Positions 55,052 through 64,000 of a DNA stretch of 64,000 nucleotides are shown one piece after another; position 1 is the stretch's first letter; the number at the start of each line of letters is the position of its first letter. Origin of the DNA: an uncultured Christensenella sp. GTDB lineage: Bacteria; Bacillota; Clostridia; Christensenellales; DTU072. A model generated the notes under the pieces. It was not told the DNA's origin, ran no database searches, and worked only from the letters and a program-made list of their open reading frames with translations. Position numbers and translations under genes: made by a program. The stretch covers positions 12,202 through 76,201 of the forward strand of contig CASDZI010000001.1 of assembly GCA_949285605.1 (NCBI GenBank), read 5' to 3'.

Positions 55052-55837
55052 ATGAAAAAAATTATCGTTTTGTTGATGTGCGTTATGCTCGGAGCGGGAG
55101 TTTTGACGGCTTGCAGTGGGACGGAGACGCCTTATGCGGCCTGGGCGGACGAAGAGACGCTCACTTATTCCGTCACCGACGCAAGCGGCGCCGAAAGGGG
55201 AGAAATGACCGTGGTCACCGTCCGCAATCCTTCCGACAAGACCGTGGGAGGGACGGAATATTCTTCCGCCGACGGCAGGACGGACATTACGTTGACTTTC
55301 GACGGAGTTACCGAAAAGGTTATCGTGCTTATGAAAAAATTTACCGCAGTGGCGTATTCCTCGGAAAAAACTCTCGCCGACGGCAGCAAGGAGACGGTAA
55401 AGGGCTACTACTCGGGGAAATATTTTTATTATTCCGAAAACGGCGGAGCCGAACAGCGGCTTAAAGTCGGATCTTCGTCCTATCTTCCCGGAGAGTTTTT
55501 ATATAATTTCGTGCGTTGCTATCCCATGGAAAGCACGCCGGCGTCTATAAAGATCGCCGACATTAAAGAAAAAAGGGTGGCTACTTTGACTACCGCCGTT
55601 TACGGGAGGACCACGTTGACCGTGCCTTATCCCGACGGAAGCAAGGAAGTCAGTTGCTACGCCATAGCCATAGGACTGGCGGACAGTCCGCAGGGTAAAC
55701 CCATTTACGCTTTCTATACCCCCGATTCGGCGGAGTACAACGTGAGCGGACTTTCCATAAGCCCCAGCAAAAAAATTCCCGTCAAAATGATAGAAAACGA
55801 TATAATCTACACTTTGACCGCATTGAATGTGATGTGA
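55052..55837 (+). CDS. lipoprotein of unknown function
   Basis: 261 aa with signal peptide and lipobox (GVLTACSG). Confidence 0.65.
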   Translation: MKKIIVLLMCVMLGAGVLTACSGTETPYAAWADEETLTYSVTDASGAERGEMTVVTVRNPSDKTVGGTEYSSADGRTDITLTFDGVTEKVIVLMKKFTAVAYSSEKTLADGSKETVKGYYSGKYFYYSENGGAEQRLKVGSSSYLPGEFLYNFVRCYPMESTPASIKIADIKEKRVATLTTAVYGRTTLTVPYPDGSKEVSCYAIAIGLADSPQGKPIYAFYTPDSAEYNVSGLSISPSKKIPVKMIENDIIYTLTALNVM

Positions 55838-55856
55838 CAAGGCTAAAAAACGGACG

Positions 55857-55883
55857 ACCCCTGCCGCAAGGCGGGGGTTTTTA
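55857..55883 (+). terminator. rho-independent terminator
   Basis: CCCCTGCC-GCAA-GGCGGGGG followed by TTTTT. Confidence 0.85.
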
Positions 55884-55917
55884 TTCGTAAGACTGCGCAA
55901 CGAGGGAAAATTTGTTA

Positions 55918-55946
55918 TTGAAATAATTATTTATATTTGATATAAT
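55918..55946 (+). promoter_or_regulatory. sigma-A promoter with extended -10 (TTGAAA-17-TGaTATAAT)
   Basis: TTGAAA at 55918-55923 and TATAAT at 55941-55946. Confidence 0.7.
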
Positions 55947-55973
55947 TATTTTTAGAGTAAATACGGGAGAAAT

Positions 55974-57542
55974 ATGTCGCTTAAAAATATCATCAAGATT
56001 CGAGAGTTTCTCTTAGCGGTTTTTGCCTTGTTCCTGTTCGGGGCGATAGGGGCGGTTCTGTTCGGGCTTTCCCCCGTGGCGGCGTTTGCCGAAGAGGAAG
56101 GCGAGCTCGCGAAACAGGAATTTACTTTGACCGAAGGAGACGTCAGCTGTCTTTCCGACGGGAAGGCGGTCGCCGTTTATTTCCGTGAAACGGCATTTTG
56201 CGAAGAGGAATTCGATTACTTGTTTACCTCGGGCGAAGAGGAAGTTGCTTCCGCCCGACCTTTCCTTACCGAACTCGACGGGTTCCTGCCCGAAAGCGTT
56301 ACCATCGTCAGGGCGGAGGACGAGACGTATCTTGCTTTTTCTTTGACCGTCCCCGTGGAAACCGTTTCGGCGGCGGCGGTTTTGACCGACGGACAGATAG
56401 TCCCCTACAAAGCTTCCCCTTACGAATACGAGGGGGCGGTTTTCCTTAAGGACGGCACGGAGACCGTTCCTTTCGACGCAGGTGACTACGAAATGTCCGT
56501 AGGCGGAAAAGTCTTTCCTTTCCGTATCGAAAAATCCGTAGTGACCGTGAGCGTGGAGGCTTTTTCCCGTAAGTATCTGGAATCGAAAGAATATGTCGCC
56601 GTTCCGGTAGTGGGAGGCAGGTGTACCGAAGAGGAAAAGGAGTACGTTCTTTCCCACAGCGAGTTCAGCCCTAAAGGCGTGAGCGAAAGCAGCGGAGTGG
56701 GGAGCTATACCGTGTCCGTGGTTTACGACGGGGGCGATCGACCCAATTTCACCGTTCTTGCGCAGGACGGATTTTATTTCGTGACGCCGGCGACGCTGAA
56801 CGGATTTATCCTGGACGGGAGCGAAACGCTTTACGACGGGAAAGCCCATTCTCTCAAAGTGGAATACGACGAAACGCTCTGGACGGACGTTACCGTTAAA
56901 TACAATATCGACGAAGTGACCGACGCAGGCAAATATCTTTACGAGGTTACGGTGAGCAAGGATAATTACGAGGATCTGGTGTTAAGGGCGTATCTGACCA
57001 TCCGCACCGTGCAACTGGAAAGCAGCAACCTCAACAATTACGTCTGTCTTTACGGCGACGTCGGCGGTTACGATCCATCTACGGAAATATCCTTGACCGC
57101 ATCGACGGTAAACGGCATCGACGAAACCGTGGGCAGCGCTCTGACGGAGAGCAACGGGTATAAGGAATCCATAATCGGCTCTTACGACGTCAACCTCAGC
57201 CAAAGCGTGGAAACCGAAGAGGGGAAGGGGTACTCGGTAAAGATAAAACTTTACGGACTGGATTCCTCATCCGGAGTGAGAGTGCTTCAATACGACGGCG
57301 GAGAGATAAAACAACTGGATTACGTCTTCGAAAACGGATATTTCCTGATAAGCACCGCTTCTTTGAAAGGGATCGTTTTCGTCAAGAGTTTTCCCGTGAA
57401 AGCCAATTCCCTGTCGGACTACATACTCATAGCCGTGCTGGCGGCGTTGGTATTGATTTTCATAGGTATAGTGATAAGCGGTTTTTCCGGCGGACGCAGA
57501 GAAAAGGGGCGTAGCCGCAGGAAACACAGCAGATGGGCTTAA
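55974..57542 (+). CDS. surface protein with MBG (YDG) repeats, N-terminal signal and C-terminal TM anchor
   Basis: 522 aa. GVGSYTVSVVYDGG...NFTV...LYDGKAHSL repeats. C-terminal ILIAVLAALVLIFIGIVISGF followed by an Arg/Lys-rich tail. Confidence 0.7.
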   Translation: MSLKNIIKIREFLLAVFALFLFGAIGAVLFGLSPVAAFAEEEGELAKQEFTLTEGDVSCLSDGKAVAVYFRETAFCEEEFDYLFTSGEEEVASARPFLTELDGFLPESVTIVRAEDETYLAFSLTVPVETVSAAAVLTDGQIVPYKASPYEYEGAVFLKDGTETVPFDAGDYEMSVGGKVFPFRIEKSVVTVSVEAFSRKYLESKEYVAVPVVGGRCTEEEKEYVLSHSEFSPKGVSESSGVGSYTVSVVYDGGDRPNFTVLAQDGFYFVTPATLNGFILDGSETLYDGKAHSLKVEYDETLWTDVTVKYNIDEVTDAGKYLYEVTVSKDNYEDLVLRAYLTIRTVQLESSNLNNYVCLYGDVGGYDPSTEISLTASTVNGIDETVGSALTESNGYKESIIGSYDVNLSQSVETEEGKGYSVKIKLYGLDSSSGVRVLQYDGGEIKQLDYVFENGYFLISTASLKGIVFVKSFPVKANSLSDYILIAVLAALVLIFIGIVISGFSGGRREKGRSRRKHSRWA

Positions 57543-57584
57543 AAAGAGGTCCTTCCCCGTTCTGAAACGGGAAAAGGAGAGGGA

Positions 57585-59171
57585 ATGAATATAAGGAAAG
57601 TTTCTTTTTTGATAATATTGCCGATGATCTTTCTCGTTGCGGCGGCGTTTTTGTGGACGGCTGCCGTTTCCGACGAAGTCGTTTTTGCGGCGGAAAGGAC
57701 CTTTTCCGTTCAACCTGCCGACGTTACGATAACTTACGGCGAAGAAGCCGTTTTGTCGGCGGAGGTTTCCGAAGCGGCGGAATACCGCTGGTACGATAAT
57801 TACGACAACACCTTGATCGGAAGCGGGCAAGAGTTGGTTCTGAGCGGATTGAGGGTAGCCGACAGCGGAGCGGAATATTATTGCACGGCGATATTTCCCG
57901 ACGGTCAGACGTTAAAGTCCAGGATCGCCGTCGTTACCGTGGAGCGAAGAACTGTCGTCATCAGGATACAATCGGTATTTATCGAATACGGACAGCCCGA
58001 AGTCGTGCCGTCTTACGAAGCGGAGAGCGGTTCCGTCCTCGCCGAAGGGGATACTTTGGCGGATCTGAAGATACGTCTCAGCAGGGAAAGCGGTTCGGAC
58101 GCAGGTAGATACGCCGTTAGCGGAACTTACGACAACCCCGATTACAACGTGGTGTTCCGTGCGGCAACTTACACGATAGAACCTAAAATATTGGATTTCC
58201 GTCTGGTATGCGAAGGCGGTTTCGTTTACGACGGGTACGAAAAGCAGATTTCCTGCGAAATAATCGCCGAAAATCCTCCCGAAATAGAAACCGCCATAAC
58301 CTTTAACCGTTTCGTGAAGGACGCCGGACAGTACGTCGCCTACGTTCATTCTCTGAACGCAAACTACGCTTTTTATAACGACGGAGAGAAAAGTTTCACC
58401 GTCGCCAAGGCTCCTTTGACTATAAAACTCGACGATCTGGTCTATAAAGAAGGAGAAACGCCGCTTCCCACCTTTACATACACGGGATTTCTCGGCGAAG
58501 ACGACGAAACCGTTCTGGACGTCAAGCCTTCGATGGCGATAGTGCCGCAGAAAGCCGGCGTATACTACGTCTTACCCGACGGGGCGACGGACAACGATTA
58601 CGAGATTTCCTATAAAGAAGGAAAAATCAGCGTAAATCACACCTCCTTGTCGACGAAGGGAGCTTCTCTCAGCGGATCTTTCCCGGCAGGGAGCGTTCTT
58701 ACCGTGAGCGAGGACGGCTGCGAGGACGCCCTTGACGCCATATCCGGCATTACCAAAATAGTGAACGATTATATGAAAATCGATTTGGGCGGGAAAGAAA
58801 CCGGTGAGTATTTCGCCGTGGTAGAAGGTATAAAGAAACCTTTCCCCATTCTTTTAAGAGCTTGCATAGTGGATGAAAAAGGGGAAAAACATACCCTGAG
58901 CGATTTCGAATACAGGGACGGAAAATTTTATTATTCTGCGGATACCGACGGCGTATTGATCGTATATTACGATATAGTTATCCCCATAATAGTCGGTTGT
59001 ATTTTGCTTTTGACGGTGATCATAATTATCGTTTTGGTGGCAAAAGACCGCAAAAAATACAATCTTTACGCTCAAAGAGCCTATATAGCACGCAGAATAG
59101 CCGACGACGAGGTAGCCGGACACAGGACGGAAGTGGACTGGGGAGACGGTTCCGAAAAATGGCGGGATTAG
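57585..59171 (+). CDS. surface protein with an Ig-like module and MBG (YDG) repeats, C-terminal TM anchor
   Basis: 528 aa. AGRYAVSGTYDNPDYNVVF...YTIEPK, AGQYVAYV...NANYAF and DNDYEISYKEGKISV repeats. C-terminal IPIIVGCILLLTVIIIIVLVA. Confidence 0.7.
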   Translation: MNIRKVSFLIILPMIFLVAAAFLWTAAVSDEVVFAAERTFSVQPADVTITYGEEAVLSAEVSEAAEYRWYDNYDNTLIGSGQELVLSGLRVADSGAEYYCTAIFPDGQTLKSRIAVVTVERRTVVIRIQSVFIEYGQPEVVPSYEAESGSVLAEGDTLADLKIRLSRESGSDAGRYAVSGTYDNPDYNVVFRAATYTIEPKILDFRLVCEGGFVYDGYEKQISCEIIAENPPEIETAITFNRFVKDAGQYVAYVHSLNANYAFYNDGEKSFTVAKAPLTIKLDDLVYKEGETPLPTFTYTGFLGEDDETVLDVKPSMAIVPQKAGVYYVLPDGATDNDYEISYKEGKISVNHTSLSTKGASLSGSFPAGSVLTVSEDGCEDALDAISGITKIVNDYMKIDLGGKETGEYFAVVEGIKKPFPILLRACIVDEKGEKHTLSDFEYRDGKFYYSADTDGVLIVYYDIVIPIIVGCILLLTVIIIIVLVAKDRKKYNLYAQRAYIARRIADDEVAGHRTEVDWGDGSEKWRD

Positions 59172-59224
59172 CGGTTTTTCCGATCGATTGAACAGGCGAT
59201 CGAGTTTCCCGCAAGGAGGCGGAT

Positions 59225-59764
59225 ATGGAGTTTTTTCATCAATACAATTTACTTTTTGCCAATATGCAATGGTACGTCGTAGTTTGTCTCATTCTGGGAC
59301 TGGTACTGTTGTTTATAGAAATTTTTCAACCCGGGTTCGGATTTTTCGGAATAAGCGGTTTCATTTTGTTGGGGTTAAGTCTGATTTTGAGGGCGGTTTT
59401 CCGTCAACCCGAAGACAACGCCCTTATGCAGGTATTTCAGCTTTTGCTGTTCGAATTCCTGATAGTGGGGGCGGTATTTGCGTTTTTCCTGATAGCCAAC
59501 AAGAAAAAATGGCTCAGACGTACGCTCTTTACCCAGGAAGAGACCGCCGTCGATCCCGACTACAGCGACGGCACCGCTAATTTCAAGGAACTGGTGGGCA
59601 AGACGGGCGTAACGCTTACCGACCTTCGTCCTGCGGGAAAAGCCGTCATCGACGACGTGACTTACGACGTGGTCGCCGAAAACTTTTTCATAGAGAAAAA
59701 CAGCGGAATCGTCGTTAAAAGCGTGGAAGGAGTGAAAATTTCCGTAGTAAGTAAGCCGGAATGA
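59225..59764 (+). CDS. NfeD-family membrane protein
   Basis: 179 aa. Three or four TM segments, then an OB-like C-terminus (GKTGVTLTDLRPAGKAVIDDVTYDVVAE...). Upstream of floA, as with B. subtilis yqeZ. Confidence 0.8.
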   Translation: MEFFHQYNLLFANMQWYVVVCLILGLVLLFIEIFQPGFGFFGISGFILLGLSLILRAVFRQPEDNALMQVFQLLLFEFLIVGAVFAFFLIANKKKWLRRTLFTQEETAVDPDYSDGTANFKELVGKTGVTLTDLRPAGKAVIDDVTYDVVAENFFIEKNSGIVVKSVEGVKISVVSKPE

Positions 59765-59806
59765 AATGGTTTCGGCTTGATATAAATTAAATAATCGGAG
59801 GGATAT

Positions 59807-60817
59807 ATGTTCGGATTATTGGCGGTCAACGTAGCCGGACTGGTAGTGGGGATAGTTATACTCGTCCTTGCGATAGTGGCGTTTTTTGTCATCGTGCCGG
59901 TATCGACGTGGTTTCGCGCGTTGGTGAGCGGAGCGTACATTTCCATAGGAAAACTGGTGGGAATGAGACTCAGAAAGATAAAGATAGGAATGATAGTGGA
60001 CGCCTATATCACGGGTAAGAAAGCCGGGTTGAACATCAACATAACCGAGCTGGAAACGCATTATATGGCGAAAGGAGACGTGGTAAAGGTGGTAAACGCC
60101 CTTATTTCGGCGCACAGCGCCAACATCGAACTTTCCACCAAGACGGCTATGGCAATAGACCTTGCCGGACGGGACGTGCTGAATGCGGTCAAAGTCAGCG
60201 TCAACCCGAAAGTCATAGAAACGCCCGTCATTGCGGCGATAGCCAAGGACGGGATAGAGCTCCGTTGCAAGGCGAGGGTCACGGTGAGAGCGAACATTTC
60301 CAGACTTATCGGCGGAGCGGGCGAAGAGACCATAATAGCCAGGGTAGGCGAAGGCATAGTCACCACCGTGGGCAGTGCGATCACGCACAAGGACGTGCTG
60401 GAAAATCCCGACCGCATTTCCAAGACGGTGTTGCAGAAGGGGCTGGACAGCGGAACGGCGTTCGAGATACTCAGTATCGACATAGCCGACGTGGACGTGG
60501 GCAGGAACATCGGAGCGCAGTTGCAGATGGATCAGGCCGAAGCCGACAAGCGTATAGCGCAAGCCAAAGCCGAGGAAAGAAGGGCTATGGCGGTAGCTAC
60601 CGAGCAGGAAATGAAAGCCAGAACTCAGGAAATGAGAGCGGTGGTCATCGAAGCGGAAGCCGAGGTACCGAAGGCCATGGCGGAAGCGTTGCGGAGCGGA
60701 AAACTGGGCGTAATGGACTATTACAATATGCAGAACATTCAAGCCGACACCAATATGCGTAATGCCGTAAGCGCAAACGGACTGCCTGCCGACAAAGGCG
60801 ACAAAGGTAAGAAATAA
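59807..60817 (+). CDS. floA: flotillin-like protein FloA (SPFH domain)
   Basis: 336 aa. Near-collinear with B. subtilis YqfA/FloA as I recall it ([77 protein letters not shown]). Confidence 0.92.
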   Translation: MFGLLAVNVAGLVVGIVILVLAIVAFFVIVPVSTWFRALVSGAYISIGKLVGMRLRKIKIGMIVDAYITGKKAGLNINITELETHYMAKGDVVKVVNALISAHSANIELSTKTAMAIDLAGRDVLNAVKVSVNPKVIETPVIAAIAKDGIELRCKARVTVRANISRLIGGAGEETIIARVGEGIVTTVGSAITHKDVLENPDRISKTVLQKGLDSGTAFEILSIDIADVDVGRNIGAQLQMDQAEADKRIAQAKAEERRAMAVATEQEMKARTQEMRAVVIEAEAEVPKAMAEALRSGKLGVMDYYNMQNIQADTNMRNAVSANGLPADKGDKGKK

Positions 60818-61032
60818 TGGATAATTTATTCGGATTCGGAACGGGAACGGAGGGGAAGGCGACCTCTCCTCCGCCTGCGAAAAAGGAAATTAAAGTCAAG
60901 GTTTCCGACAGGATAAAGCAATCGGAAATTCATACCGAAGAAGAAGCGGAAAGTGAAAGAAGTCCTCTTGCAGAATATATCGTCATGGGAGAAATTCTTT
61001 TGAATCCGAGGTTCAAGAGAAAAAAATACTGA
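60817..61032 (+). CDS. small hypothetical protein (71 aa) coupled to floA
   Basis: The ATG overlaps the floA stop (TAATG). No recognised motif. Confidence 0.5.
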   Translation: MDNLFGFGTGTEGKATSPPPAKKEIKVKVSDRIKQSEIHTEEEAESERSPLAEYIVMGEILLNPRFKRKKY

Positions 61033-61049
61033 TAAAGGCGGATAAAAAA

Positions 61050-62546
61050 ATGAAAAGAAGAGCGGGAGTTTTACTTAACGTATCCTCTTTACCCGGGCGT
61101 TACGGGATAGGGGGATTTTCTGCGGACGCCGAGAGGTTTCTGGAAGAGATCGGCGGAATGGGGTTCAAGGTCTGGCAGACTTTGCCGATAACGGCAACGG
61201 GTGTGGGGGATTCTCCGTACAGCGGAATATCCAGTTTTGCCGGGAACTACGTCTATATCGACCCCGAGAGAATGGAAGGGCTGCTTACCGAGGAGGAAAT
61301 AGCCGCCGCAAGATACCCCGGGGACATTTATCTTACCGACTACGCTTTCGTCCGCAAAGCCAAAAAAGAAATGCTGCGGAAAGCCTACGCCCGCCTCGAC
61401 GAGACAAAGAAAGCCGAAATGGAAGAATTCAAAGCCGAGCAGGACTACTGGATAAGCGATTATGCCGCATTTATGGTGCTTAAGGAAAAGTTCGGGGACG
61501 GTTCCTGGGCGGAGTGGCCGGAGAAATACAAAGCCTATTCGGCGGAATTGAAGCAGGAAATTCTTTCGGAAAACGCCGAGGAAGCGGGATTTTACTTTTT
61601 CGAACAGTTTATGTTCTTTCGTCAATGGAAAAAGATACACGACTGCGCAGCGGGCTACGGCATAGAGATATTCGGCGATCTGCCTATCTACGTCAGTTTC
61701 GACAGCGTGGACGTATGGGCGCATTCGGAGCTGTTTCTTATGGGCAAGGATCACAAACCGCAGCTGGTGGCGGGAGTTCCGCCCGATTATTTCGCAAAAG
61801 ACGGTCAGCTGTGGGGGAATCCGCTCTACGACTATAAGAAAATGGCGAAAGACGGTTATTCCTGGTGGGTGGAAAGACTTAAACACGCTTTAAGTTTATA
61901 CGACATACTGAGGATAGACCATTTCCGAGGACTTTACGAATTCTGGGGAGTGCCCGCCGAAGCGGAGACCGCCAAAGAAGGCAAGTGGTACAAAGGGCCT
62001 CACGACGCTATTTTCAAAGAACTGAAAAAGGTTCTGCCCGAACACGAAATAGTAGCCGAAGACTTGGGACTTATCGACGAAAAGGTGGCGGAATTCTTGA
62101 CAAAATGCGGGTATCCGGGTATGAAAGTTATGCAATTCGGGTTCGACGGCGACGTCAACAATCCGCACCTGCCGCACAACTATGTCAAAAACTGCGTGGC
62201 TTACACCGGAACGCACGACAACGATACCACCTTAGGCTGGCTTTTGAGCCTGGACAACGCCACCCGTCAGTCGGCGTTGGATTACGTCGATTGCGACGCT
62301 AATTACGGCTGGGCGAGCGGCGGAGGTTATTGCCGGGCGACCAAGGCGTTTATGAGGAGCGTGATAGCGAGCTGTGCCGACCTTGCGATAATCCCGATGC
62401 AGGACCTTTGCGGATACGGCAGCGACACCCGTATGAATACGCCCGGAGTTGCCGAAGGATGCTGGCGTTACCGCACCAATTATACCGCAATGAACAACGT
62501 GGACAGGGATTTTCTGCGGAAAATAATCCGTATTTACGGCAGATAG
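61050..62546 (+). CDS. malQ: 4-alpha-glucanotransferase (amylomaltase)
   Basis: 498 aa. RAGVLLNVSSLPGRYGIG, GDLPIYV, LRIDHFRGL, AEDLG and TGTHDNDT. Confidence 0.92.
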   Translation: MKRRAGVLLNVSSLPGRYGIGGFSADAERFLEEIGGMGFKVWQTLPITATGVGDSPYSGISSFAGNYVYIDPERMEGLLTEEEIAAARYPGDIYLTDYAFVRKAKKEMLRKAYARLDETKKAEMEEFKAEQDYWISDYAAFMVLKEKFGDGSWAEWPEKYKAYSAELKQEILSENAEEAGFYFFEQFMFFRQWKKIHDCAAGYGIEIFGDLPIYVSFDSVDVWAHSELFLMGKDHKPQLVAGVPPDYFAKDGQLWGNPLYDYKKMAKDGYSWWVERLKHALSLYDILRIDHFRGLYEFWGVPAEAETAKEGKWYKGPHDAIFKELKKVLPEHEIVAEDLGLIDEKVAEFLTKCGYPGMKVMQFGFDGDVNNPHLPHNYVKNCVAYTGTHDNDTTLGWLLSLDNATRQSALDYVDCDANYGWASGGGYCRATKAFMRSVIASCADLAIIPMQDLCGYGSDTRMNTPGVAEGCWRYRTNYTAMNNVDRDFLRKIIRIYGR

Positions 62547-62547
62547 A

Positions 62548-63027
62548 ATGTTGATTTGCTTTACCTTTCGCAAAACGGGAAGCGAGGCTTTTATCTTAAA
62601 GGCGTACGCTTCCTTTTGTGCGATAAAAGGGCAAAAGCCTCTTTTCGTCGAGGTAAAAAGAAGGGACGGACAACCCTTTCTTGCCGACGGTGAAGGGAAA
62701 AGGATACTTTTTGTTTCGGTGACGCACAGCGGAGAGATAACGGCTTGCGCTTTGAGCGAACGACCCGTCGGGATAGATATACAAGAACGTAAAAAAATAG
62801 ACTTTGCCGCCGTTTCCGCCCGTTTTTTTTCCAAGCAAACCGAGGACGAAAAGGAGTTTTACCGCCTTTTCTGCGCCGCCGAAGCCCGCTATAAAGCCGA
62901 CGGAGGGAGTTTTTTTGCGGCGATGAAAAAAGGAACGGAGGGAGTGAGGACATACGAGCTTTTCCCCGGATACGCTTTTGCGGTGAAAGGGGAAGAGGAA
63001 GTTTTTTTGTCGGAGTGCCATGAATAA
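62548..63027 (+). CDS. 4'-phosphopantetheinyl transferase (compact Sfp-like)
   Basis: 159 aa. GQPFLADG...FVSVTHSGEITACALSERPVGIDIQ and FCAAEARYKADGG. Starts 1 nt after the malQ stop. Confidence 0.65.
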   Translation: MLICFTFRKTGSEAFILKAYASFCAIKGQKPLFVEVKRRDGQPFLADGEGKRILFVSVTHSGEITACALSERPVGIDIQERKKIDFAAVSARFFSKQTEDEKEFYRLFCAAEARYKADGGSFFAAMKKGTEGVRTYELFPGYAFAVKGEEEVFLSECHE

Positions 63028-63610
63028 GATAAATTACGATGCGGAAATGCAGAATATACTCAAAAATTTGCAAGGAAAGCCCTCTCTTTTTCTGCACAGT
63101 TGCTGCGCTCCGTGTTCGTCGGGGTGCATAGAGGTACTCGTCGGGTATTTCTTCGTCACGGTGGTTTATTACAACCCGAACATAGATACCGACGAAGAGT
63201 ACGCTTATCGGCTTGCGGAACAGAAAAGATTTTTGTCCGAGCGGTTCGGGGAAACGGTTAAAATCGTCGACTTCGGGCATTGCAAGGAAGATTTTGCCGC
63301 GATTGCCAAGGGACGGGAAAGCCTCCCCGAGGGAGGGGAAAGGTGTTTCGACTGTTACCGGATCCGTATGGAAAAAGCGGCGGCATTGTGTAAGGAAGGA
63401 GATTATTTTGCCACCACGCTCACCGTTTCGCCCTTGAAAAACGCCGCAAAAATCAACGAAACGGGATTTTTGCTTGCGTCAAAATACGGAGTAAATTACC
63501 TTCCGTCCGATTTCAAAAAACGTAACGGCTATTTGAGAAGTTTAGAAAACAGTAAAAAATATAACCTTTACCGTCAGAATTACTGCGGTTGCGAGTATTC
63601 CAAACGGTAA
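63020..63610 (+). CDS. queH: epoxyqueuosine reductase QueH (DUF208)
   Basis: 196 aa. LHSCCAPCSS, YNPNI, ERCFDCYRIRM and YRQNYCGCEYS. Overlaps the upstream gene by 8 nt. Confidence 0.88.
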   Translation: MNKINYDAEMQNILKNLQGKPSLFLHSCCAPCSSGCIEVLVGYFFVTVVYYNPNIDTDEEYAYRLAEQKRFLSERFGETVKIVDFGHCKEDFAAIAKGRESLPEGGERCFDCYRIRMEKAAALCKEGDYFATTLTVSPLKNAAKINETGFLLASKYGVNYLPSDFKKRNGYLRSLENSKKYNLYRQNYCGCEYSKR

Positions 63611-63717
63611 AAAAACAGCCCTCCTCTTTCTCCTTGCTCCTTTTTTCGGCGTTGCCCGAATTAAGTGTATATTAGGTAATACTTAATATATTATTATAAA
63701 ATTCTTACGAGGTAGAA

Positions 63718-63930
63718 ATGGAATTATCCGAACAAATCACGGCAAATCTCCGTTCGGAGATAGAAATGAGCGGAAAGACCAAGACGGAAATAGCCAAGGC
63801 GATAGGGGTATCGAAGCCGACCGTGTCGCAATATCTTTCGGGGCGGGCGCAGCCTTCGCTTGCTACGCTTTCTAAACTTTGCAATTTTCTGGAAATTTCC
63901 ACCGACGACGTTCTGATGATAAAAAAATAA
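63718..63930 (+). CDS. XRE-family helix-turn-helix transcriptional regulator
   Basis: 70 aa. KTEIAKAIGVSKPTVSQYLSGRAQPSLATLSKLCNFLEIS. An imperfect inverted repeat (TTAAGTGTAT...ATACTTAA) lies upstream. Another ORF starts at 63967 and runs off the window. Confidence 0.85.
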   Translation: MELSEQITANLRSEIEMSGKTKTEIAKAIGVSKPTVSQYLSGRAQPSLATLSKLCNFLEISTDDVLMIKK

Positions 63931-64000
63931 AAGCACAACATAAGTGCAAAATGGAGTAAAACTTTATGCGACATAGCAATAAAACAGGAAGAAAGCAGAC

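Overview
The window looks like a core chromosomal segment of an anaerobic Bacillota (Clostridia-like) genome. GC is about 50%, coding codons are CpG-rich, and intergenic regions are AT-rich with near-consensus sigma-A promoters. I support about 65 CDSs and saw no rRNA, tRNA, CRISPR array, transposase or integrase. Recognisable Bacillus-type blocks: cysE-cysS / mrnC-rlmB-sigH (interrupted by two + strand genes), ychF, rpsF-ssb-rpsR, dnaB(DnaD-like)-dnaI, nfeD-floA and tcdA-metF-split metH. There are two glycerol/triose clusters: fucO / TetR / GlpA-like-oxidoreductase-DUF1667-FGGY kinase-AGPS-like flavoprotein, and AraC / gldA-dak-ADH. The rest are envelope and surface proteins. Candidates most worth follow-up, in order: (1) a 1037-aa Rad50/SbcC-like coiled-coil protein with a CxxC hook but degenerate ATPase motifs, in an operon with radC and divergent from dnaB-dnaI; (2) a 24-codon valine-rich leader ORF with a promoter, an RBS and competing hairpins upstream of an acyl-CoA synthetase; (3) three perfect DnaA boxes flanking an AT-rich tract next to a local strand switch; (4) an alkyl-DHAP-synthase-like (HHH motif) flavoenzyme at the end of a glycerol-phosphate-type operon. 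All calls come from reading the translations and the DNA by eye. Start codons were chosen by RBS and context, and no database search or folding calculation was possible.
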